A stretch of DNA of 64,000 bases from Pecten maximus (taxonomy: Eukaryota). The notes under the pieces are model-generated. The model was not told the origin of the DNA and did no database searches. It worked only from the letters and a program-made list of their open reading frames with translations. Location: the NCBI RefSeq assembly GCF_902652985.1, contig NC_047015.1:30752001-30816000 (forward strand), written 5' to 3'. Made by a program: the position numbers and the translations under genes. Positions 17,401-30,253 of this stretch are shown here, one piece after another (the first letter of the stretch is position 1; every line of letters starts with the position of its first letter).

Positions 17401-20400
17401 AAATCTGACACGTAAAAAAAAAGTGAAATATCTATTTACTATATATAAATATATGTGTGTGTGTGTTAGTTACTTTCTTCATAAGTGTGTACATATTACA
17501 AGAATCAGGCCAAAATTGAGTTCTGCTAAACCAACATATGCCATGGGATTTCAAACATGTCAACATGCAAACTATAACATAAGTCAGGACACCCCTATGT
17601 AGCCTTCACCTATGTTGTGAAAGATGAACGAATATACAATGATATATATTCAATATCTTTATTGCCGACAATGGCAGGTGTAGTCTACGATCACGCGAGT
17701 GAGGTACGTAAATACGTCCGTGTACAAGCTTGACCAGGTGTAGACTACGCCGATAGTGGTCACGCACGGCCAAACATAAACTCCGGGACGAGGTGACATA
17801 AACACGTTCGCTTAGAGAAGTCAACTCGTCACGTACATTCACAACATAACCATAAAACATACAGACACAGGGCATACATGCATATATGTTACCTGTTATG
17901 ATAATGCACCATACCCAACTTAAATACTGGTCTGATTTCATTTTTTATCAGAAATGGAACATATATGGTGTCTGTCACCATTTCTATTAGAAATACATTT
18001 TATGATATAATCATAAAGTTCCTAGTTTTGTAAAGAGGTTTTCCTTATTTCAATTTATGATTTATTTAATAACCAAGCATCCCACAATTCCTTGCAAGAA
18101 AAGTATCTTGAATTTAATTTCTTTTTCAGCAGTTCATATCAAAATAGAAATCATGATTCAATTTGATCATTCTCCATTAAATTTGAACATGAAGTAATGG
18201 GAAACAACTCTGTACTTTCCAACATTTTTTAACACAGCATTAAACATGAAGCTAAAAAAAATACTCGAAATAAGATCAAATCTTGAAAATATGATGTTCT
18301 CATAAATAAGCCCCGATAAGTTCTTACTGAAGTGAGTACAAGTTTTGGTTTATTTCAGAGATTTTAGGGTTCAAACATATACATGTATCTTGTTTAAGTT
18401 ACTTACAGTTTGACAATTTTGTTTTTGACACTGGGAATCTTCTTCACAGCAAACTGTAAGCATATTTCCTCTTTGTCATCAGAAAGGAGAGATTTCTTTT
18501 TGTCTTTTTTCACCGACATTAATAATAATTGTAGAGTTTTCAGCACCTATAAAAATAAAGAAATATACATAAATTTGATGGAAAATTCATCAAAATTGTA
18601 CCAGGTAATGCATAAAAAGAAAAATAATTAACCTGACCTACAACCTCAATTTCAAAGCGTTCGTCATAGAGTCATTAATATGCTTTTGATAAAAACTGAA
18701 CTGCTTGTTATAATTTCTACAGAGAGTTGATTGCTGTTACAATATAGACCTATATCCGGTATCTTAACTTTTCCTAAGTGATTTATATAAGCTGATATAA
18801 TTGCTTTTACAATTGTTGTAAAAAGCAATAAATAACCTATAAACTGAACATTGTTTTACCTCTTCCTTCTTCATCACATCCAAACAAGATTTCTGCAACT
18901 TCTTTTGTGTCAACAAATTATGAAAAGGAGAAAATATAACATACATGTGTTAATAAACATTTCAATTCTGGCTTACAACCACATACATAATTACCTTTAA
19001 AGCTGTAAGGTAGTAAATACAATAATTAATACAGTAAATACAACAACATATTCTTTACAATTAATGGGTAAATTTCCCTGGGAGGAGAAATACTTCCTAC
19101 CTCATTTTAACATTTTCTTCCTTTTTCAAGAATTTTCATACGTGTATACATTTGTAATTCCAAAATTTTTACTTCAAATCAGCAATGAAAAAATGCAAGT
19201 GTGATCATAAAAATTATATTGTACAGTATAATCCAACTGTAGTGCACCATAGGCTAATCCTGATATACTGAACATGAATACCTTTTCTTTCTCGACTGCT
19301 TCCAAATGTGCTTCCTGCTCTCTCTTGTCTGTCCCTGCATCCTAGTATGAAGAAGAAAACTTTAAATAATAATTCAAAGTTTCCATCTAATGATCAGGAT
19401 TTAACAATACTTTTTTTAAATAAGAATATCCTTCCTTCCTTAACTACATGTATTAATTACTAGTGATGTCACGATGATCAATTTGTTATCGAAAATCGGT
19501 TTGTAACCCTTCCGATTCACGACAATTGTTTGCAAAATCTCATATTTGATTAATCGGAACTGCAAAAAATACAACATAACTTACTTTTTATTTATTTTTC
19601 ATTCTTCCGAGATCGTTGCCATGTTATCCAGAATTTTATGCATGATACAAACCTTTGCACCTTGCAGACAATAGAAGGGCGTTACTAAATTTATGAACAA
19701 GTAGTATGATTCCGAAAATTGTTCCAATAATATAAAATGCCGTTTTCAACGAATTGATAATTCATGAGTATATATGATTCAATTATAATTATTTTCCAAT
19801 TGATCTGACTCTATTGATGAGTGAACATTTTTCTTTCGTGGACGGCTCCATCTTTTACACAGGATAAACATGATTGGTATACGCTATTAACCTAGATCTG
19901 TGATTCCTCATCAGACAATCAAAATACAGTCAAACATGTCTATAAAGACTGCCCAAGGGGAGTCAGAAAAACGGTCACTTTAGACAGGTTGCCTTTATTT
20001 TTATAGACAGGTCAAAATTATCGCACCAACCAGTTCTCGTGAAATTGCCATAAATAACTTGTAATTGAACATTAATATTATTATATATTTCTTATAAATT
20101 TAAAGGGTTAAATCTTTCTTAAAAAATACTTTTCCATTAAAAACCCATGAATTAGATATGATTTTGTTGAGTCCAAGACAAAACAACTCAAAATAGTCTA
20201 TTGGATACAAAAGTAACTTTTTTTATTGTATTTTGTTCTGAAATATTACTAAATGTATTATCAAATTATCTCCCTTTCTTTCTTAAATAACAACAAACAA
20301 ATACACAATAAGAAATTAATTATGTTTGTGTTACTACTAATTATTTTATATTTTTTGACATAAACTGACTTCTTAAAACAAAGTGATTTTTTTTTCTGAC

Positions 20401-23400
20401 TCAAATTGAAATCTAGATATTTGTGGCAGTTTACGACTCTTTATTAGTATTGACTAATTAAAGATGGCGGCAGTACAAACGCTGGTACCGACAGCTACGA
20501 TTAAGAAAGGCTTTATTGGCTTTTATGTGAGTTAATCTTGTTGACAGATATGACCAGTGTTTGTTCTTGAAGTGATGTATCCTAGTTGTAATCACCAAAT
20601 TAACTGACTGTGGCGTGTCAAATGAAGCCAACTATGCACAATTGTAATGTAACACACCAACACGCATAACCTACTCCTCCGAGCCCCAGGCCAGGGCAGC
20701 TACAGTAATTATAGGCTAACAGGTGGTAGGGGTCATTTGTTTATATAATCAGGCCAGGGTCGATGTGTCTGAATTTTCTGGAGATTTTATGAGGGATTAC
20801 TGCCAAGAGCAGAAGATGGCCTATAGAAATCGGTCACTATAGAAAACAGATGAGCGAGTGCCGTTCCAAAATCACTGGTCGTTAGTCACATTAGACAGGT
20901 GGTTGCTATAAAGAGTGTCGTTATATTGTAGGCGGTCGTTACAGACTCGTTAGAGCAGGTTTGACTGTACAGGATTTCAGACAGTAGCAGCCGGATGATC
21001 GGGAAGACTTCGCCTCATCATAAAATCGTATTTTCTTCAAACTATTTTGATTCTTAAATGGTTTTAACTATGTTTTCACATCCATTTTTACGTGCGTGCA
21101 TTGTACCATTGACATCGAGCATTTGTATGTGCATGACAGTTTTGATGCATGAATCACTTACAGCTGTACATAATTTGTAGCATGCTGCTAATAAGATATT
21201 TCACACAATTTCAATCTTTTTAAAACATGATGTTAATATATAATTATAAACTACAGATGTAATGATTTTGCTTTTGTCATAATTCTAGATTTAGTGATAT
21301 CGAAGTTGCTGCCTACAACTATCCATATTAGTTTGTACTTCCATTTTGTTGGCCGAATTGCTACCGAGGATATTTGACCAAGAGTCGAACCAAGTCAATA
21401 TAAAAATGAGATAAATAAGTATTTAGATGTATCTAATTTTTCTTGTGGCCTAAACAAGGTAGAAACTATATTATATAAAGTCCTATATGTTTTATTAATG
21501 ATTATTTGACAATGAAACTGGCTGTACCTTGCATATTTACGCTAAAATTGAGCAAACTGTAGGATGATCCCATGCGGTAACTTTGGTAACTGGGACCCGG
21601 CTGGTGTACACGTTTTATTTGGAGTCTCATAAATTGGGAGCACTTAAAGAATATCAACAGGACCAGTACCCATATTTTAGAACAATCAATGATGATATAA
21701 TTAGTATACCAGTCACAATGTCAGTTACACTATTTCACAGCTACAGCAGCAGTTCTGAGAGAAGCGTAACACCCATATCCAAGCGGACATTATTTCTGTC
21801 GTCAATTACCACATTAGCTTTATTGGGCTAAATAATTAGATTAATTACACATACTTGTGGTGATATATGCAAAATTGTTTACTTGATTTTACTTTTCTTT
21901 GAAAGTGTGTGCAAGTTTGAGCTGATAAATGTTCATAATGCTGTGTGCACGGCGGTTACTGAAGCTTGTCCTCTTAGGGTCGATTTAAAGAAAATAAAAA
22001 AGACACAATTTTGCCATTTCTTCATTACAAATACAAAATAATCAGATTATTTGAATCATCAAGTATCTAGTAGAATGATTTTATGCAAAGTTTTGTGCTA
22101 ATCTGTGTTAGTGTTATTTTCATACATCGTTTTCTGGACTTCCTGGACATCGTTTTTGGTGAAAATTTTCATGGGCAAAATATACAGATAAAAGTTTTTT
22201 TCAGCATTTTCAGCCCCAAAAAGTACCTGTGCAAATTACACAGGTTTTTACGGTACTGGACGGTTGCATTACAAAGTAAGAAAGTTATAATTACAGTATC
22301 ATTTGACCAGTATAATGCATTACAAAGTAAGCAAGATCTATGTAGTGCAGAAATAATAAAGAGGAAGTTCCGATGCGATTATTAACTGATCATTAACTGG
22401 TTGCAAACAACCGATTTTACCGATTAATCAATTATGGTTTTCAACTGATTTGACATCATTATTAATTACTTAACATTCATTGGTGTTAGACTACTGATAT
22501 TAGGTTTGCCCTGAATTACTTAACTGTCCCATCATAACAGTCATACCTCTGATTTCTTTGTGTATTTCAAAGATTTTTCCTGCATTTTCTTGCCTTTGCT
22601 CTTTGACACCTAGAAACAGAAATAAAGAAAATTGTGTCTTTATAAGATATTTCTATGCATATACAGTACTTCAACTAATTAATGCTCCTTTAGTTTCACT
22701 TCTCCAATCCTCCCAGGCCCTTATATATGATAGTCCTATAATACAAGACTTTGGAGGTTGATATCGTGATTTTTTACGTTTATTATCTGATATTTACATT
22801 TTTGTTATTTGTCAAACCTTGAAGTCTTATCGATAGTTGCAAAAAACATGGAGCAAATCCCTGCAGATATCCGCCGGGGAATTTTCATGATCAATAATTC
22901 AAATACACATGCAATGTCAGCAAGAAATGAATGATTCTAGCAAAGGTGAAAGTTTATGAAAGGAAGCAACTACTTACCTTTGTGAATGGAGTGTATTAAA
23001 GGTATAAATTTTTTAAGCGTTTTTTCAAATGTACCATACTTCACACAAATGTATTACTAGGTTACACCCAAACATTCCGGAAAGGCCAGGGTATAGTGTT
23101 CCAAAAGGAACAGTATAAAATCCGAAGATCTTTTTATACGAAACGCAATGGTACAAAGACTGTGAAAAAGACATCATTTGAGAAAGTGTGGTTTTGTTTG
23201 TGTATTCCGGGAAAAATATATGCCGCACACTTTTTCAAACAATATGGCAGCACACTCGCAGTTTGTTTACCGGTGAATTCATAATATATAAATCTGCTTT
23301 ATGTCAACAAAAGGTGGGTAAATGCTCTTAGATACACGTAAAATTTGTTTTTAACGTTCATTAAACAGAATAAACCACATATGATACAGATTAGTAATTT

Positions 23401-24003
23401 TGAGGTTTGCTCCGCATTTTTTGCAACTATCGATAAGACTTCGAGTTTCGACAAATAACAAAAATGTAAATATTTGAAGTCTTATATTATAGGACTATTA
23501 TATATGAATACAACAAAATACATCACTTAATGTGCACAGAGAAATTTAAAACAACTAGAAGGATAGTAGAATGGTTTTACAAACAAAAACAATAATTCAA
23601 AATATGTGTTGAAAATATGACGCCCAAATTTTGTTACAAATGCACGAACGATTTTTTTCTGTTTCAAATTATCCTGCATTTGAGCAACTTATTTACCCAT
23701 ACAAAAGTAGTAACTGCTTCTCAAATGCAGGACGTCGAATATGTCTGTCAATGCACATGAATATGTTGGTCAATGCACATGTCCTAGCCTCGTCTGTCAA
23801 TACATCCAAGATGATATATTGGATGTATTGACAGACGAGGCTAGGACCTGTGGTCGATGTGCCCAACCTGTGATATATGACAAACATCCTCACATTATGT
23901 ACTCGAGTTCGATCTTGAGCCAAAGTGTTCGTATTTCTAAAAATAAGACTTGAATACTGTTATCACGTATCTTGTATAATGAACATACCCTTTCCTTCTT
24001 CAT
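11432..24003 (-). CDS. RSL1D1: Ribosomal L1 domain-containing protein 1, ~441 aa; exons 24003-23989 (tentative, MKKER), 19341-19282, 18546-18407, 14879-14735, 14297-14149, 13360-13259, 12608-12442, 11979-11432
   Basis: Phase-consistent exons give KKIPS..KLRLPHS..EVCLFVKD, LKLEYKPFEAKRNLSNMFDLFVADERVIRLLPSLLGKNFYGKKKHPIQVNM, IGHSDMSAEQLAENV..VRTEKSLALPLY, then a Lys-rich tail. AATAAA on the minus strand at ~11110-11115. The 15-nt first coding exon (ATG..AGG|GTATGT, phase 0) is a best guess. Confidence 0.92.
13608..13985 (-). mobile_element. Miniature LTR retroelement (TRIM) with tRNA-Thr(AGT)-like LTRs (Helenus-like), in an RSL1D1 intron
   Basis: Minus strand: LTR1 ~13985-13820 contains tRNA-like TAGCTCAATCG..GACTAGTAATCC..GGTTTCAAACCC. 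PBS TGGCACCCATGTAGGGACTCG (13818-13798) resembles the complement of the tRNA-Lys 3' end. PPT TGATGGGAGAGTA is directly followed by LTR2 TGTAATCCTGGTAAA (13717). Confidence 0.75.
15377..16904. repeat. 22-bp minisatellite, ~69 copies, in an RSL1D1 intron
   Basis: Unit ACC(A/G)ACATCTTATACCAAACTA. Confidence 0.98.
16909..17321 (-). mobile_element. Second family of tRNA-LTR miniature retroelement (Helenus-like TRIM)
   Basis: Two direct ~150-165-bp repeats (17321-17170 and 17074-16909) begin TGTGG and end CTGTTAC(A/T). Each has A-box/B-box-like CTCAAT.GGTA..GC and (G/A)GTTCAAT..C. PPT GATAAGAGGAGAGTAG abuts LTR2. Flanks ACTAT/TCTAT could be a TSD. Confidence 0.7.
17613..17846 (-). mobile_element. 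Possible solo LTR
   Basis: TGTTGTGAA...TTCACAACA termini, CpG-rich interior and AATAAA on the minus strand ~45 bp from the end. No clean TSD. Confidence 0.4.
19461..22461. mobile_element. Non-autonomous hAT-like DNA transposon (~3.0 kb including a nested insertion) in an RSL1D1 intron
   Basis: TIRs TAGTGATGTCA / TGACATCATTA, perfect 8-bp TSD TTAATTAC (19453-19460 and 22462-22469), subterminal AATCG/CGATT motifs. Confidence 0.85.
19927..20967. mobile_element. Tc1/mariner-pogo (Tigger-like) MITE nested in the hAT element
   Basis: TA|CAGTCAAACATGTCTA ... TAGAGCAGGTTTGACTG|TA, with repeated tagacagg subterminal motifs at both ends. Confidence 0.85.
22723..23504. mobile_element. MITE with ~100-bp terminal inverted repeats
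   Basis: atagtcctataatacaagactt..atatttacatttttgttatttgtc..gaagtcttatcgatagttgcaaaaaa..ggagcaaa is mirrored at 23405-23504. The left arm has a ~40-bp insertion; flanks are TATA-rich. Confidence 0.85.
23781..23847. repeat. Perfect 29-bp-stem / 9-nt-loop hairpin; probable minimal MITE with TAGCCTCG..CGAGGCTA core
   Basis: GTCCTAGCCTCGTCTGTCAATACATCCAA-gatgatata-TTGGATGTATTGACAGACGAGGCTAGGAC. A related degenerate copy lies at ~38303-38360. Confidence 0.85.
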
Positions 24004-24495
24004 ATCTCCCAAACAGATGCCCAATACTTTCTACCTGCGTGTAAAAGTTCCCTTTTAGCCACTTTTACATCATAGCACGTGGAGAGTAGGTAGTAATGTA
24101 ATGGTTTAAACGGATGTCGGTGATCACTTACTCGAATATTATTTACACGTAATTCAAAATATGATGATTCGCCGAGACTTTGTGTTATTATATTATTTCA
24201 TTGTAAAAAATACAAAATTACACCAGGAAAATGTTAGTATTTTTTCGAAATACGCTTATGAATAATAACAAAATGTGAATCTTCCGTAAACGAGCACCTG
24301 TTTCGATTTCTTGGCTTTAGTTTATAATAGCGTAAATAAATCTTTTATGCGCTTGAAGAGCATACAGCTGATCGCACATACAGTTGAGCGCTTAATGTAT
24401 GCGGTTGTATAGGATGTGTTTGGGCAGACGAACAGTGATGGCGAGCCACGTCAGAGAAAAGAATAGTTTGAATTGGGGTGAAATGTAACAGCAAA
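24004..24495. promoter_or_regulatory. Probable shared bidirectional promoter / 5' UTR region of RSL1D1 and CANT1
   Basis: Divergent start codons ~490 bp apart, locally CpG-richer. A possible RSL1D1 5'-UTR intron lies at ~24036-24131 (minus-strand GTAAGT ... cttttacacgcag). Confidence 0.5.
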
Positions 24496-26889
24496 ATGAG
24501 TTCTACCTCATATCCATCGACAGTCCATGACTGGATGCAAGCTATACGACGGCCAGTGCCATACAGAGTTGGCAATGCACGCCTCCATGTCAAAACACGT
24601 ACAGTTGCATATGGGGTGATGTTCATGGCAGCAATTCTTATACTCGTTATTTATATTTTACCCACACAATATATACAACGAAATTGTCCAGATATTTATC
24701 CGGTTTTACATGATTATACTTATCCATTTACATCTCCGTTTAAAAATGAATCTGGGGTTCATTATAAAATAGCTGTTGTAACGGATCTGGATACAGATTC
24801 TAAGAGTAAAAAGGACAAAGATACATGGTTCAGTTACATGTTACATGGAACTTTGTCAATATCTACAGACCAGAAACATGTTAATGTTAATTTTGATTTG
24901 GAGCCAAAAACTCTGAAATCTACGTGGGGTCATGGAGGGCGTGGTATGGAGCTGTCTGAGCTTATTGTATTCAATGGAAAACTCTATACGGTGGATGACA
25001 GGACCGGAGTTGTTTATGAGATCATTGACAACATGGTGGTTCCCTGGGTCGTTCTTACAGATGGTGATGGCAGATCACAGAAAGGTATAACACAAACGTC
25101 ATTGCATATATATATAATCAACAATAGAAGTTGAAGGCAGTTTATATTTTGTAACTAACAAATAGTTTCTTCTTGCTTCATATTCTGACAAAATGCCTAA
25201 TGTTGGAACCAGATGAAACTAAACTTAAAGGTTGTCTAGTCTTTTACCACCTTAATCAACATGACTATGTTTATTGCTAGATTTTGTCTCACCAACTATA
25301 ATGTTGAGTTCTGTCAACATACTCTTATTGTGAACTACTAAGTAGTTCATTGATACATGACCACCAGTAGGCTGCATTCCAATGCCAGTGTAACCTGAGT
25401 TTCCTCTACCTCATAGACATTGTTAATTGGACATTCTGATTGACAGACAGATGTCTGATGTGGGCCATCAAAATGCTTAATGTTTGATACTGGTTTTAAG
25501 ATTTTGGTCCCGTTCTTCCCAATGATCTGTGTGTCTATATTATTTTCCTGCTGTATACATATCTGAGATCTAACATAATGCTGAATTTGACATTAGCATG
25601 GATATAGTAAAATAATCCTATCAGGTAAAAACATGTAGATTGCTTAAAACTTCAAAATCATTTTCTGGTTGATTTGAAATGATTAGGTGGGATTAATGAT
25701 ATCTATTTATATATATTGTTTTAGGAAAAATCACTTTGCACATCATCAAAACAAGCTGAATAAGAAATGTTTGAATGATGTTAATTGTGATTAAAACTAG
25801 AGTGGTAAGGATATATATATAATATATATAGATTTCTAGCTTTGAAAAGGAAATTATATTTGTGTAAACCTGTTACATGCTTCATATTAATGTTGAATTG
25901 TTAACATTACTTTTTTTATTATTATTTTTTTTTACAGGTTTCAAGAGTGAGTGGGCTACAGTCAAAAATGGAAAATTATATGTTGGGGGATTGGGTAAAG
26001 AATGGACAACACAGACCGGGGAAGTAGTCAACTTAAACCCTCAGTGGGTAAAGTCCATCTCAGCCACTGGGCAGGTAGCACACCATGACTGGCATACACA
26101 TTACAATGCCATGAGGAAAGCCACTGGATATGGCCTACCAGGTTTGCAACTGTTTAACTTTGTTTGTGAACCATTGTTTTTTTGATGATCATTTGTTCAA
26201 AAAGCTGTTGAATGTAATCTAATCTAAGATGACCTTTTACAAATTGTCATAGATAAATGAAAGGCTTTACTATGTGTGTAAGGAAACAAGAGTACCATAT
26301 TTTTGAGATCTTTTCTAGGAATCAAACCCTTGAAGGTAAAACGTGCGTGTTAATGCCATCTGACTACCCGAATTGTGTTTTCAGATTGTAGGCTATTCTC
26401 ACCTTCAATTCAAGACTAATCCAGACATTTTCTTTCAGGTTGAAAACTGATCAAGATATTTGCCATGATTGTCCTATTTTCAACAATAGTTTTCTTATTT
26501 ATTACTTTTTTCCTCCAGGATATATGATCCATGAGTCCTCGGTATGGAGTGATATACACAAGCGCTGGTTCTTCCTTCCGCGACGAGCCAGCAAATCCAG
26601 ATATGATGACAAGACAGACGAAAGAAGGGCAACCAACATAATGATAATAGCAAACGACAAATTTGATGATATTGAAATAAGATATATTGGCGTTAAAAAT
26701 GAGTTGAGGGGATTTTCCTCATTCAAATTCATTCCAGGGACAAATGATCAGATGATAGTTGCATTAAAATCAGAGGAAGTAGAAGGAAAAGTTGCATCAT
26801 ACATACTGGTATTTACTGTAAAAGGAGATATCATTCTTCATGATAAGAAAATAGGAGATTTTAAATTTGAAGGAGTAGAATTCATTTGA
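24496..26889 (+). CDS. CANT1: Soluble calcium-activated nucleotidase 1 (apyrase family), 387 aa; exons 24496-25084, 25938-26141, 26519-26889
   Basis: N-terminal TM anchor (VAYGVMFMAAILILVIYIL) and motifs IAVVTDLD, GRGMELSELIVFNGKLYTVDDRTG, GFKSEWATVK..LYVGGLGKEWT, PGYMIHES, WFFLPRRAS, RGFSSFKFIPGT, ALKSEE, KFEGVEFI*. Splice phases are consistent. Confidence 0.97.
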
Positions 26890-29659
26890 GGTAGGTAACT
26901 GATGTTTAAGACTCTTTTTTACCTCATATGAGTATTTGTTCATCATATTTATGAAGATTTATGTTGTGCAGCACAAACAGGGTATAATGATCTTAACCAT
27001 TTAGTGGAATTTATTACTTCTTAAATCAGCCCTGCTTGAGACATTTTCACAATTTTTAGAGTGTGGATACAATGTGTAGCTCTACAATTCTTAACTACTT
27101 TAATTTAGTCATTTATCTTTTTGGGGGATGGAAAAAATAACAAAAAATAGATGCATTGAATGACTTGATATATCTTTTTCATAATTACCATAAAATGTCT
27201 TAAAACATTGTCAGGACTTTAGAAATTGCATTAGATTTGAAAGTATTCCTTTACAAACAACTAAATGAATTAAACCCTAACTGGGATGTGGCTTTTATAT
27301 GACATTCCATTTGTATATGCACACATTAGTACATGTACATGTACTTCCAAATATTAATACCAACTTTCTGGAACAAAATTTAAAAACTTTCATAAAATTT
27401 CTTGGAGCCTTGTTCCTATTTATAAAGCTTGAGTAGTTTTGCAGTAGTGCTGTTTGCTATGTGATACTCTTTAGTACAGTGTAATATTTTTTCTATTCAA
27501 TAAGTCGAGGATAATAATATTCTTTGTGCTAGTTCATCGCTTTCCAAAACTATGAAACTGTCTTAAGTGGGTTTATTATGAGAAGAATGAATGATATAGA
27601 TATATTTATAAATGATTATGTGTTCAATGCCTTCAGCGTTATTAGTCCCTCACTGGTGGGGGTGGGGTTGGCAGGACAGGACTATAGGTTTTACATTTAC
27701 CTATGCATCCATTTATCCTTCTGCTTATCCTGTCTAGGCTCTCTCTCTCCTACACTTACTTGAGGTTTACTTGCTTTGAACTTATGATATTGCTAAGATA
27801 AGTAATATTTCTAAATTCATTCATATTAATACCACCAACTGCAATTTGAATTCAGTTGGTCTGTTAAACAATCAGTATGCATAATTAGTTCCAACACAAA
27901 TTTATTATCACATCCAGTGGGAGACTCTAAATCAACGAATCATCTTGTTGTTATTTATTTCAAGAATTATTATTTGATAAGATTCATTGGAAAACAATTC
28001 TTTAGGGTATTTGTCACCTTGAAAATTCATAGGTCTGATAAATGAGAAATTTTAAATCTATTTAAATATGATATCAATTACATTACAGCAAGAGTCTTTA
28101 ACTATCAGAACATCACATACTTTGGATTTCATAGACATATTAATCCATGAGTGCTTTTTGTTATAACATGCAAGTACACATATTTACCAACATGTTATCA
28201 TAATTATATGATGCAATGAAAATACAAAATAATTTTAGAAAAAAGCAAGAAATCAAATCATTTACGTAAAATCACAGGGACATAGATCAAATTCTCAACC
28301 CAAAATCTATATATATATTGTATACATTTGAAACATTATTGTATAAATTGTATACAGCTATGTATAGGACAATAGGTTGGGAATTTTTTTGGGGGAAGTT
28401 CTTGTGTGTAAAATTAAAAAGCCAATGAGTTGACATAAGTTTCAGTTATCGTGCATAATTTCTTTTATTGTTTGTCATAATGACTCTTTCTTTGGAACAG
28501 CTGGACAAATTTCATAAAGATATTTTTCAATGTACATCAAAAAATTTCATGCTTGTTATTTCTTCTGATATTGATTTTCACTGTGTGAATTTTTGTTTTC
28601 ATTCCTGAAGTCTCTTTTTTAATGGAGGAATGTCTGTATTAATTTTATAGATACTGTGTTAAACTTGTATGCCATATGAAATGTAGAATTATGCTTTATG
28701 TATACAGATGTGTCTTTCCTAATTTTTTATTTTATTTTTTTTAATTTTTAATTTTCAAAATCATATTGGTATTTACTCTTATAAATCACCAGGGGGCACA
28801 AGACTTTTTATTTAGGTTCCCTGTCCTGGCTTATGCATTTTGACTTCACAGTCAGTTATAGTGTCAAATGTAATGTTTTGTATTCATGCTTAAAAATTAA
28901 ATTTCTTTGTCCTGTGATAAGCCCACTTCCTAATTTGAATCAAAAGGCCCACTCCATCCTTTCTTGGGGCAGTTATCTTGAGAATCTGGGGTCATGTATT
29001 GTCCTGTACTGTCATATTTGTGCCCTTAGGATAGCATATGATTGACCTCCCATATGATATCTAGTGAGGTAGTTGCCCCATAATGATTCTAGCTGTTGAT
29101 GTTCTATCAAAGAAACAGGTCAAGTATTGTACGCTGAGTCAAAGTTTGTATGAGTTATTGATACATCATCATCATCTCAATTTACTAAATAAGTGCCTAC
29201 AAGAGGGTTATTGCAAATTTTGATTTTGATTCTCTCAATTTGAATCAGATTCATGAGTTCTGCAAAATTTTCAATTTGAAAGTGCTTTTATGTATGCATA
29301 TTGAACCACTAGTGAAAACAATTTACCATTTGGCTTTTAGTTGTGTCCTTTCATAAGTTATAGGGATAACTTGAGATTTAAAAACAGGAATGTTATGGGA
29401 AGTTTAAAATTCAAGCCAGTAAAATCTTACAGGACCCATATTGAGCATTGATTTTTCTACTGTTGATAACTTTTTTCTCCTTGAATTCTTAGTGAAGATC
29501 AGCTGCATTCAATTTTTATTTTTTGAATATGACTTTTAAATACAGGATTAATGTAATTGCTAAGTTTGAATTGTACATAAACATTGTACAAAATATCATG
29601 GCTTAATCAGAGTAATTCTGTTGTCTTTAGTCCAGGTAGCTTGTTGAAGGAAATGTTCA

Positions 29660-30253
29660 TTTTTGGCTCATATTGCCTGAAGGGCAAAGTGAGCTTATGT
29701 CATGGTACAGTGTCCATTGTCTGTCCGTCTGTCATACAGCTCCCGGACTGATTTTGCTGATAGGTTCCTGGGATGGAGTCCCTCAAAGTTTGTGAAAAGA
29801 AATTAGCTTAACCTATATTTGAGGTCACATGGATAAAATATGTAAGAACATTCAAATGACTTCTGGTTTACCAAAAGGCTTAGAATCATGATGTTTGGCT
29901 TGTAGGTTCCTGGTATAGAACCCCACAAAGTTTGCTAAAAAAGAATATTCAATACCACAGGGTCGGATTTGTTAAAACAATCAAACAACTTCTTTTCACA
30001 AACCAAAAGGTCTAGAATCATGATATTTGGCTGGTAGGTCCTTAGATAAAGCCCCACAAAGTTTGTGAAAAAGAAATGAACTTGACCCATATTCAAGGTC
30101 ACTTGGGTCAAATTTGTTGAAAAACATAAAGGGCTTCTTCTGATTGACTGAAAGGCTTAGAATCAAATTCATTTGATTGTAACTGAAAAGTAGATAATTA
30201 TCAAAGAAGTGAATACCAGGTGATTGATACAGGCACATTGGGCCTCTTGTTTT
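29660..30253 (+). mobile_element. Degenerate HINE-type element with ~135-bp internal repeats
   Basis: ttttggctca..gtgagcttatg 5' end, gtctgtccgtctgtc microsatellite, 3' caggtga..aggcacattgggcctcttgttttt. Confidence 0.65.
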
